Below, piece by piece: positions 24,201 to 36,200 of a DNA stretch of 64,000 nucleotides. This DNA comes from Mobula hypostoma (taxonomy: Eukaryota): assembly GCF_963921235.1 (NCBI RefSeq), contig NC_086107.1, positions 98,520,001-98,584,000 of the forward strand, read 5' to 3'. A program made the position numbers and the translations under genes. Numbering within the stretch: position 1 is the stretch's first letter; every line of letters starts with the position of its first letter. The notes beneath the pieces were generated by a model, which was not told the origin of the DNA, did not search any database, and worked only from the letters and a program-made list of their open reading frames with translations.

Positions 24201-27200
24201 AACTTTAGATTCTATTATTGGGCTATTAATATTCGACATATGAAATTTTGGTTACTTGACCAGGACATACTATCTATTCCTAAATGGGTAGCATTGGAAT
24301 TACAATCTGTTCAGGGTTATACATTTGGTTCTATTTTAGGCTCCTCTCTCCCTTTTGATTCGAAACGTCTTAAGCAGGTCTCTAACCCGATAGTTAAATA
24401 TGCTTTGCGCATTTGGTTTCAATTCAGAAAATTTTTTGATCTTAATCAATTCGGGTTAGCGATTCCTATTTTAGGTAACATATTTTTTCCTCCCTCTTTT
24501 ACGGATCGCGCTTTTCAAACTTGGAAGACTAAGGGTATTTTACGGTTTTTGGATTTATTTTTAGATGGTTCCCTTATGTCTTTTGAACAATTATCTAATA
24601 AATATAACTTATCAAGAATACATTTTTTTAGATATTTACAAGTTAGAAATTTCCTAAGTACTATACTTTCTTCCTTTCCAATGCTTCCTCCTACATATAT
24701 TTTAGATTCGATAATTAACCTTAATCCATGTCAGAAAGGTGCATCGGCTATGATTTATAATATTATTATGAAACTTAGGAAAGCTCCATTTGATAAGATT
24801 AGGGTAGATTGGGAACAGGAATTGGGGCTTACCATTTCTGTGGATGATTGGGGGCAGATTTTACAATTAGTTAATACTTCCTCTATTTGTGCTAAACATT
24901 CCCTAATTCAATTTAAAGTGGTTCATAGAGCACATATGTCCAAAGATAAGTTAGCACGTTTTTACTCGCATATTAATCCTTTCTGTGATAGATGTTCGGG
25001 GCAGATAGCCTCTTTAACTCATATGTTTTGGTCTTGCCCTACTTTGGAAACTTTTTGGAGAGATATTTTCAATATTATTTCTAAGGTATTAAATATAGAT
25101 ATCTCTCCTCACCCTATTACTGCTATCTTTGGACTACCTAAAATTTCTAGTAATCTTTCCCCTTCAGCCCGTAGAATGATTGCATTTCTTACTTTAATGG
25201 CGAAAAGATGTATTTTACAACATTGGAAAGAGCTTAATGCTCCAACTACCTTTTTTTGGTTTTCTCAGACGATTTTATGTTTGAATTTGGAGAAAATTAG
25301 AAGTAACCTTTATGATTCTTCATTTAAATTTGAACAGATTTGGGGACCTTTTATTCGATATTTTCATTTAATGTAATATTTACCCTTCTTGTTTTTTTTC
25401 ACTGTTTTTAATGGAGGTCGGGATTGAGGACGTGATTTTAAGTTTAACTCTGTTTGGTTTCAAGTTAGCCCATTGCTTTGCCTTGCTTTTAGTTAGCCGC
25501 ACGGTGGGTTTTTTTTTGGGGGGTTTTTTTTTTCTTTTTTTTCCATTGATATATATAAAATTTAGTATACTATTATGTTATCTTGGTTTCTTATGTTTAA
25601 ATTACATTGTTTGTAGTATTTTCTTTTTGGTATTGATATCTTTTGGAATTTTATTATACTTTAACATTGTATTAATGTTTATATGGCTTACCTTTTTTGT
25701 ATACTTACTCAATAAAAAGATTTAAAAAGAAAAGAAAAGGAGAAGCACTGAACAAAATGGGCTGAGTTGACTCACTGCTTGACAGAAATAGCAGCCCTTG
25801 GGTATAGATTTCCCTTGTGTCGAATCAAGTGTAGGCTTTCACGGCGGGAGGGATCAGACTAATTTGCCTGTGTGCTTAGAGCATTTCTTTGTGTGGACTG
25901 GGGACTGCTGAAAGATCTGTGTGACTGAAAGAGAGAGAGAAAAAACTGTGAGAGAGTTTGCTACAGAGCTTTTCCCATGGAATTACATGCATTTTTCATT
26001 ATTTTCCTGCACTAACACCAACTGTCCAGATGACCAGGTGAGACCACCAAGACATTCCCATCCTCCAAACTTCTGTCCTTCTGTCTTCTTGCTTCATCTA
26101 CAGTCAGGCATTTAATAAAAAAGGGTGTATGGGGTGTCAGGGAGGGGTAGCACCTCTGGTGGGGGAACATGTCGCGTCCTTTTCAGGGTGGTTAGTCCAC
26201 CTTCGGTCCCCACCTGGCACTCAGCTCTCACCTGTGGCTCCCCGTAGCTGTTTGCATGCGACAGCGGCCACACCCCGGGCAACGGCTTCGACAAGCCGGC
26301 TAAACCAGGTGAGGGTAGCCGACGGGTCTCAAACCCTCAGTGAGATAGGGAGTTGTCTATCCCAGCATGTGAAGACAGACTCCGGGGGATTGAGCGGACG
26401 AGACCGATGGAAGGTCCAACGGTCAAGAAGGCGGTCTCTGCAAGCGTTGTGGAACATGTAGAGCACGACAAGACACAGAAGACGTCCTGGTCATCCACTG
26501 CGCCTAGTCCCATCTCCAGCCGTCTGGACTCTGTCTTGCCACTGGACCCAGATGGGAATTGAGAAGAGAAAGTGAGGCTGACGCTGCGCAACTCTCCCTC
26601 ACTTAAATCCAAATCAAGCGCTAGTCTTCACACCATCATTATGGTGTTGAGGTCCTCTTCGACGTCAACGATGGACGAACCAAAAAAAAAGGTTATCTCT
26701 AGCAAGGAATATATTTGGTTCACTCATGCCCCATATGAGCCACCACTTACAAACTCACTTTAGTACATTCAGAATATATTTGTATCCCTTTCTCGCTAAT
26801 GCAATTATATAGATTTTCCCTAAATGCACCGAATCCATATGCCTTGAGACCTACATTAAAGGCTGGATAATCTTGAGTTGTTTTTCTCTGGGATGGTGGA
26901 GGCAGATGAGAGATCTGATAGTTTTATAAGATTGAGAGGCGTAGGTAGAATAGACGGGGAGTATCTGTTTCCCAAGGTTGAATTGTCTCAAACCAGCGGG
27001 CGTGCATTGAAGGTGAGAGGAGGTAAGTTCAGGGGGAATGTGAGGTAAGTTTTTTACTCAGTCATGGATGCCTGGAATGTGCTGCCTGGTCTGATGGTAG
27101 AGGCAAATATATTAGAGGTTTTTAAGAGACATTTGAATAGACGCATAGATGTGAGGAAGATGGAGAGATATGGACATTGTGTAGGTGGAAAGGATTAGTG

Positions 27201-30200
27201 CTTGGGTGCTTTTTAATCTTTTTAGCTGGTTCAGCACAACATTGTGGGCCAAATGGCCTGCTCCTGTGCTGTACTTCTTTCTGATTTACATATGTAGAGT
27301 AACAGAGATTCTTTTAAATCTTGCATTTATTAGCTACTGCCGTATTTTGTTCCCACAGATTTTGGTTCATCACAAGTGAAACGCTCTTGTGATCCCGAAC
27401 ATCTTTATTGTCCCCTCTCAGCTTTCTTGTAGGAAAGAAAAGCAATAGTGTGATGCTGCCGGGTTATAGGCTGGTGTGGTGAGGGTGAGGATCTCATTTG
27501 TCACTCCCCTACTGATGTTAAGTTATTCAGCAGAGTCTTTGACATTTCCAAACTAATAATTCTAGATAGTGATGCTATATTTGGGACTTGACAATTAATG
27601 TGCTTAGTTCTAATAAAATTGTTTGCATTTCTGGCGACATTTTGACAACAGGCCCATTAGGTTTAACCAGTCTGTGTTAGTGATTGTGGAAGCACATCTA
27701 CACCTATCACTGGACATCCATCCATATTCACCCCTTCTCTTCTGTGCCTTGGTGATCCAAGTGCTCGTCTAGATGCTTGAATGTGGTCAGTGGCTCTCCC
27801 TGGCAATACAATCCAGGTACACACCCTGCCTTGGGTGGAACAAGGTTCCCCCTCAGATTCTCTCTGAACCTCTTCCCCCTCATCTGTGTTCTGCAGTTTT
27901 ATTTGCCTCTTATAAGGGGATAAGGATTCCTGCAGCTGGTCAAACCTGCTCTGCTACCATCAACTCCCCTTCATCCTGCTTCAGCAAAATGCTGGCTGTG
28001 TCGCAAACCTTCAACTCAATCCTCTCCCTGTTGCCTCACTCCTTCGACATTGCCCCTTTTTTTTTTCGTAATTTATTTTTTTATTGAATTTCATCATCAA
28101 ACAAACATTTCGATAAGATGTATTTCAGATACTGTACATTATATTATAGGCATCCGTTAGTCTCATGAGACCATGGATTTGTGCCTTGGAAGGTTTCCAG
28201 GGTGCAGGCCTGGGCAAGGTTGTATGGAAGACCGGCAGTTGCCCATGCTGCAAGTCTCCCCTCTCCACGCCACCGATGTTGTCCAAGGGAAGGGCATTAG
28301 GACCCATACAGCTTGGCACCGGTGTCGTCGCAGAGCAACGTGTGATTAAGTGCTTTGCTCAAGGACACAACACGCTGCCTCAGCCAAGGCTCAAACTAGT
28401 GACCTTCAAATCACTAGACGAACGCCTTAACCACTTGGCCACGTGCCAACACATTACTGTACATATATTTCATATAATCATATTTGTCACAAATCTCCAC
28501 ATAATATTTATCTGAGGTATACACTTATAGAAAGGAGAGGAAAGAAAGAACAACTGAAAGAAGAAAACTATACCATTGCTCCTTCTAATCTGTGTTTTGT
28601 GCTTGTCTCGCAGGGTATTCCTCACTCCCAGCTTCCACAACAGTACCAGAAGCTCCTGGAAAAACTCAATAAAATCGAGCAGGAGATTTCAGGAGGAACG
28701 ACTGCCATTGTTGCACTTATTCTCAACAGCAAACTCTACATCGCCAACATAGGTACTTCGCTGTGCTGTAGAATGGCTGTTGTACAGGCCCTCAGATACC
28801 TGCCTGTTGGTCCAACATCCTATCGGTTTATTCTAGTTTTAAACACAATCTCACTTTCCTGGAGTAATGATAAGGCAGCAGACAAGCATTGTCGTCTTTA
28901 GCCTGCAGATGTGGTCTTGACTAAAATGGGGTTTCAGCCAGGCTTGTTTGGCATCTCTAGATGAACCTGTGTTGAGCTTCAAGTATTTGTTTTGGCTTTG
29001 AGTACAACTGACATTTGTTGATGCTGCATTATGTTCACTAAGCCATTCTCCCCTGCCTTCCTCAAACACCAATGCACCCCTAGTGATGAGTTCTGCCCTG
29101 CTTCTCTCCATTGAGCTTGTTCCTTCTTTCCTCTAACCTCTTCTCCACCCATCTGCCAAACTGACTCAGATCTAGCCATAAGCGAAGCGAGGTTCAACAT
29201 TTTAACTGGGCTCTTGTTCCTGTTGGCAGGCACTAGCCGAGCCTTGCTGTGCAAATCCACTGCAGATGGACAGCTCCAGGTGACTCAAGTCAGCGTTGAT
29301 CACACGACAGACAACGAGGACGAGCTCTTCCGGCTGTCACAGCTCGGTGAGTGACCTTGACACAGAAGACGTTTCCAATCATGGCATCTGGAGAATGTCC
29401 AGATCTCAGATCTGTGCCACAAACAAGAGAAAATCTGCAGATGCTGGAGTTCCTCCAGCATCTTGTGTGTATTTCTCTAATTAATGCACTGGTTTGAAAT
29501 GGAGAGCTAGAGGTATGGGCACTCCCCAGACCTAACTCAGAGTCTCCTTTGTATCCCTAAATTTAGTTCCTGCAATAATTTAATGGCGGAATTCTTCTGA
29601 ATATGCAGTGTCTGGAACCCTCACACCTCTCCATTCTCTTTGCATTCTATTGAATCCAGGCTTGTTAAAGCCATGGTTGGAAACAAAACTGGCTGTATGC
29701 AGGCTTCCTGCACTGCTAGTTTTCCCCATATGAAGTTTCACAGCTCGCAGCTGTGTTACTGACTTTCCTGTCTGAACGCTGTGTAACCGTTAACAGTTTA
29801 ATGACTCTGAGAGGGAGGGGGAGATCTGACAACATCAGTCACTTAATATGGAAAGGGCAAGGAGGGGGTGGTGAAATTCACTGATCACACCCTCCAGATA
29901 TAACTTGCGAGGGTCGGAGTGGGGCAGATCTGATTGTGGTTGTTGTTTTAAAAAAACAGAATCCAATGCCAAATGTCGTGGTAGGTTTAAACTCTTCTGT
30001 GTACATCAGAAGATGTCAATGAAGGAATGAATTTCTTCTGTTAAGGAATGTTACCTCAGTGGAGCCTTTCTATCCTAACCATCCATAATGAAATCGACTT
30101 CTTTAGAGTTGCACACTCATTCACTGGGCCATGATACGTGTTAGTGTAAAGAAAAGGAAAGGTACATCACATCCAGAGTTTCTCCGGTTAGTAGACGATT

Positions 30201-33200
30201 TCCCTCCACGCCTCTCTGACGTAGTGCGAATTCGCATACGAGGCAAGTTACAGCAGTGGTTTGCCATTGCCTTCTGCTGGGTGAGTTTCCAAAGAGATCA
30301 CCTGCTCGTTAGCTGGCACGGATGGAAAGCGCGCAGGGGAGCTGGCTGGATTCGAACCCGGGACCTTTCGTCCTGAAGTCCGATGCTGAAGCCACTACGC
30401 CACCAGCCGGGTCCGACACTAAAGAAGCAATTCTAATTACCAGAAATGAAGCTCTTATCGCCAGTATCTTATCCCAAGACAGGTTTGGGCAGGTACAGAA
30501 TAGAGTCACAGACACTACAGCACATAACAGGCCCTTCAGCCCATCTAGTCCATGCTGGTTATTCTGCCTAGTCTCATTGACCTGCATCTGGACCAGAGCC
30601 CTTCATTCCCCTGCCATCCATGTATTTCCCCTTTTCTCCTGTTACCAGTAGGAGGTACAGAAGCCTGAAGCCACACACTCAGCAATTCGGGACCAGCTTC
30701 TTCCCCTCTGCCATCCGATTCCTAAATGGACATTGAACCCTTGGATACTACCTCACTTTTGTAAAATATATAGTATTTCTGTTTTTTGCATGATTTTTAA
30801 TCTATTCAATATACGTATACCGAATAAGATTTACTTTATTATTATTATTTTTTCTTGTATATCATGTATTGTATTGAACTGCTGCTAAGTTAACAAATTT
30901 CTGATTCTCTTAAACATTGAAGTCGAAGCCACATCCATTTCTGCTGCCATGAGAAAACTTGAGTAGGCATGAAATTCATATCCTGTGCACTTAGCAAACT
31001 TAAACAGCGTAGTCAGCAAAACGGTACCCTGACCTGCTAAAACATAAAGCTTCAAATGAACAACTTAAATCAGGTACCCATTAATTCACAAGCATCTACA
31101 AGCAGGGGAAAAAGCCTTTAAATGTTAATTGCTTTTAAATGCAAATTTGTCTTCCATTATACATCAATATTTAAAACAGGGGTCAGTTTTCTCAAGTCAG
31201 ATGCAGATGAATGCTCAATCATTTATCCTGCTGCTGGTTGGCATGTGGCCCCCATCTCGGTGCCAGGCACTCCCAGTCAGTGCGTGGACCCCGCTCCAGT
31301 GCCGGACACTCACGTTTAATTTTTCATGCTGTCTCTAGGTCTGGATGCTGCAAAAATTAAGCAATGTGGGTTGATTGGAGGCCAGGACAGCAGCCGCAGG
31401 ATTGGAGATTATCGCATGAAGTACTGCTACAGTGATGTGGAAATGCTGAGGTAAGGATGACATGTTCCACCAGCTGCGTAACGTCCCTTTGCACCTGCAT
31501 GCTTGCTTTCGTTGACCTGCACACAAGGATATCCCAGTCTTGGTGCACATCCCCCCACTTTCCCTAATCGCTTACCGTTCGTGTTATCATCTGCATTCCT
31601 GTTATTGCCGCCACAGTGGATAAGCTCCAGCCTTTGCACATTACTTTATTGTCGCCAGACAATTTATACTAGAGCGTACAATCATCACAGCGATATTTGA
31701 TTCTGCGCTTCCCGCTCCCTGGAGTACAAATTAAGAATAAATAGTAAAAATTTAAATTATAAATCATAAATAGAAAATAGAAAAGGGAAAGTAAGGTAGT
31801 GCAAAAAAAAACGGAGAGGCAGGTCCTGATATTTGGAGGGTATGGCCCAGATCCAGGTCAGGATCTGTTCAGCAGTCTTATCACAGTTGGAAAGAAGCTG
31901 TTCCCAAATCTGGCCGTATGAGTCTTCAAGCTCCTGAGCCTTCTCCCGGAGGGAAGAGGGACAAAAAGTGTGTTGGCTGGGTGGGTCGTGTCCTTGATTA
32001 TCCTGGCAGCACTGCTCCGACAGCGTTCGGTGTAAAGTGAGCCCAAGGACGGAAGATTGGTTTGTGCGATGTGCTGGGCTGTGTTCACAATCTTCTGCAG
32101 CTTCTTCTAGTCTTGGACAGGACAACTTCTATACCAGGTTGTGATGCACCCTAGAAGAATGCTTTCTACGGTGCATCTATAAAAATTAGTGAAGGTTTTA
32201 GGGGACAGGCCAAATTTCTTTAGTTTTCTCATGAAGTAAAGGCGCTGGTGGGCTTCTTGGCAGTGGACTCTGCTTGGTTGGACCAAATCAGGTCATTTGT
32301 GATATTGACCCCGAGGAACTTAAAGCTTTTGACCTATTCCACTTGCACCCCACCGATGTAAATGGGGTCGTGCAATCTGCTACTCCTTCTGAAGTCAACA
32401 ACCAATTCCTTCATCTTGCTGACGTTGAGGGATAGGTTATTGTCTTCGCACCATGCCACCAGGTTCTTAATTTTCTCTCTGTACTCAAACTCATCATTAC
32501 CGGAGATACAGCCTACAATTATGCAAGATTCGAACAGAAGAGGAGCGTCTTGCTCCCTCCGGATGGCATCAAGATTCATCGTCACCGAGGAGGACGTTAG
32601 AAGGGCCTTCCTGAAGATAAATCCAAGGAAGGCGACGGGCCCAGATGGCTTCCCAGGACGGGCTCTCCGGTCCTGTGCAAGCGAGCTAGCTGGAGTGTTT
32701 GCTGACATCTTCAACTGCTCCTTGCTTCAATTTAAGATCCCCCCCGTGTTTTAAGAAGGCAACAATAATCCCAGTGCCAAAGAAGAGCAAGGTGACATGC
32801 CTGAATGACTATCGACCTGTGGCTCTGACATCAATTGCTATGAAGTGCTTCGAGCGATTGGTTATGGCACACATCAACCACAGCCTACCGGTCAACCTCA
32901 ACACTTTGCAATTCGCCTACCGGAGCAACAGGTCAACGGCAGATGCCATCTCTCTGGCCGTACATTCCTCCTTAGAACACCTGGAGAATAAAAACACATA
33001 TGTAAGGCCCTTTTTCATTGACTACAGCTCTGCCTTTAATACCATCATTCCAAATAAACTGATTCCTAAGCTCCAGAACCTGGGCCTTAGCACTCAGATC
33101 TGCAGCTGGATCTTCAACTTCCTCACAGACAGGACCCAGGCTGTAAAAATAGGGGGCAAGCTCTCCTCTACAATCACTCTGAGCAGAAGGCTGTGTACTC

Positions 33201-36200
33201 AGCCCCCTGCTGCACTCACTGTACACCCATGATTGTGTCGCCAAGTTTCCATCAAACTCAACATATAAGTTTGCTGATGACATTATATTGTCGTAGCCAT
33301 GCACTTATTCACCCAGACAACCTGCCTGAATCGCACTGCAGCCTCTGTGTGTGTCATCCTCACAGCTCACATACCCGCCCCATTTTGTGTTGTCCATAAA
33401 TCATTAATAAATACACACAAACAGAGGATTACGTTCCTTGGATCTCGATTATCCAGGATATATAGCCACAATATTTGCATCCATCAAAAAAATAAGTTAG
33501 AGTGATTTGTTTAATTAATTGATCTGGATGACAAATTGATAATTGCATAATTGATATACAAGACAAGCTTTTCACTGTATCTTGGTGCATGTGACAATAA
33601 TAAACCAATGCCAATAGAAAATAACCTTTTAAGTTATTCATTTACTTATCCCCACCCATGTCAATTCAATTGAGGTGACTTGGTTCCATACCTCAAATTT
33701 TTGGGACTGTTCCTTTGAATTCTGTTGGGGTGAATTTCTGATGCCTGAACGGATGTAAAGCTCGGGTTGCCTGTATATCTGTGTGAATAGTACCCACTGG
33801 TCACAGCTTGCCACTCAGGAAACGGGTGTAGGATTTGCAAATAAAATGATGCAAGGTGTTTTATGTTGAAGAAAAACCGAAACAACTCCTTTATTGTAAT
33901 CCAGAAACTGGTATCTGAACTTCACGTAATTACGTCATAAGTCAGACCAGCCTCTGAAAGTGGAACCCCAACTCAATGTCAGTGGTTGTAAATTATGTAC
34001 ATTTCCACCAATTACATTACCCTACAGGGCACCTTTATTTGTTTCGCGTCTGCTAACACATACTCTATATACACCGATACTGCTCTCAGTTACATGTGAT
34101 TTAATTTAGCCCCGAGTAAGAGTGGTAACATCTAAGGGGAGAATAAAAATGAGTTTAAATCAAGATGTAACTGGGTGGTTGATGGCCAGCACAGACTTAG
34201 TGGGCCAACGAACCTGTTTCTCTGCTATACCTCTCTAACTCTGACCCGACCGTGACCCCTGGTGTCCAGGCACTGACCCGATGGTGACCCCTGGTGTCCG
34301 GGTGCTGACCCGGCTGTGACCCCTGGTGTCCAGGCACTGACCCGGCCGTGACCTCTGGTGTTGATCTGCCTGTTTGTGTCTTTTTTCCTACGGGGAGGAG
34401 GGATTTGGGGGTTAATGTGCTTGTTCCATTTCTTTGTGGGGAGGGTGTATTTGAGGGATTGCTGATCGTACTGCCTTTCTTTTCTTTCTTGGTTACATGG
34501 CTACCCAGAGAAGAAAAATTTCAGAGTTATATAATTTGATGATAAATGAGCTTTGGACCTTTGAAACTTTGTCCGGGGCACTGACCCAGTTGTGGCCTGT
34601 GCTGACCAGAGCACTGACCCAGCTGTCTGCTTGCATTTGCCTCATGCTGGCATTGATGATATACCTTGACAATAATTGGATTTTTCACCTTGGTTAGTCC
34701 TGCCAAGACGAAGCCGGTGATCGCAGAGCCAGAAATCCACGGAGGTCAGTCACTGGATGGGGTGACAGGGTTTTTGGTGCTGATGACCGATGGACTGTAC
34801 AAAGCCCTGGAGGCAGCTCATGGTCCTGGACAGGCCAATCAGGTGAGGCGTGCTCTCTCTCAGAGCACCGTGTGCTTCAGCTGCCCTGGGTACTGAGGTG
34901 CTGATGTAGTCCAAGCCCTGAGTCTGAGGAGTTTGAGTGGAAGTCATGGGTGCTGCTGGCTGGGACACTATGGGTGCCCTTGACCTGGGGTGTATGGGCT
35001 GGGCCCAGCATCTCTCCAATGAGTGCCGTTGGGCTGGGTTGTGTTTGGGGTTCGGGTTGGTATGCGCTATGGGTCTGAATGTATGCTGCAGATCGGTCTG
35101 CTCTGGCGTGTGTGCACTTTGTAGAAGTGGGGGCTCCATGCATGGTTTCCATCTGTATTGGGTTGAGCTTCAAGCTAGCAACTTGGCCTCAAAAAATAAC
35201 AGAGAAAAATGCTAAAAGAAACGGTAAGGCTGCCCCACAATGCGCTACAAGGTGTGGAAAGGAACAACAAGTAGAAGGAGTGGGTGTGTGTTTGGTCCAG
35301 TGCATGGTGCAGTGTGAAAGTTCGAGTGTTGCAGCTGAGTACGTGTTCAGTAGGCTGTGCTCTGGAGTGGCTGCAGTGTGTGATCAGGGTCAGTGGATGC
35401 GTGTCTGGTTCAGTAAGTGCGCTGTGTGAGGGAGCCAGTGTTGGGGTTTGCTACTTGTTCAGAGAAGTGTGCTCTGGGGTGGTATAGTTTTGAGGGAGAA
35501 CAGCTGGAGTGTGCTCTGAACTGAGGTACGAGCTTAGCGGTGGCTGTTGGACTGTGTTCCCGAGCGTTGCCAGAACCCGTTCAGACTCCGGGGGAGAGCG
35601 CGGGTTCTGCTTGTCACTGCCTGACTCCCATCACCTCCCCTTGCAGGAAATCGCTGCCATGGTGGCTACGGAGTTTGCACTGCAGACGAGGCTGGATGCT
35701 GTGGCCCAGGCAGTGGTTGACCGCGTCCGAAGGATACATCGCGACACCTTCATCAGTGGAGGCGAAAGGTCAAAGTTTTGTGACAGACACGAGGACATGA
35801 CCCTCCTCATTCGAAACTTCAACTACCCTCTGGGGGAGATGAGCCAAACGTCCACAAGCCCGACCCAAGGTAAATGAGACCACCATGTGTTGTTTGGGTA
35901 TTGTCTGCATCGTCACAGCCGATCACTGAGCCAACTCCTGGCATTTGGCCCGGCTGAGTTCTTGGTGCTTGTGGTTTAGCTCTGTTGCTTTGGACATCAG
36001 GTGAAGTTGAAGGACTGGCACTTTGACCGTTGTAGTGTAGCTTCGATGATGTCACGTGTGGCCAAACTTTGCCTGTTTCTTACACTGTTGGTTGCATGGC
36101 CTCAACCAGCACAGAAACCAAAGGGTTAACTGTTGCGGCAGATGGCACACTAACCACACAAGTTCTGAAGGAAGGATGACATCTAAAAGCAAAAGCACCT

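Larger units (their letters stand above)
19824..25737 (+). mobile_element. Full-length L1-clade LINE copy 1 (TAB1 intron 4, sense)
   Basis: 16-bp TSD aggagaagcactgaac (19808-19823 and 25738-25753). Contains 5' UTR, ORF1, ~720-nt spacer, ORF2, AATAAA at 25711 and an AAAG-type tail. Confidence 0.97.

Noticed and set aside
26129..26763. Short ORFs across the ribozyme-headed element
   Set aside because: No RT, EN or other motif; RNA structure explains the sequence better.
30340..30410. tRNA-like sequences (also 28380-28450 and 45800-45870)
   Set aside because: These are SINE heads joined to SINE bodies, two of them with TSDs, not stand-alone tRNA genes.
34241..34361. 32-bp repeats resembling a CRISPR array
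   Set aside because: Head-to-tail tandem units with no unique spacers, vertebrate intron context and no cas genes.
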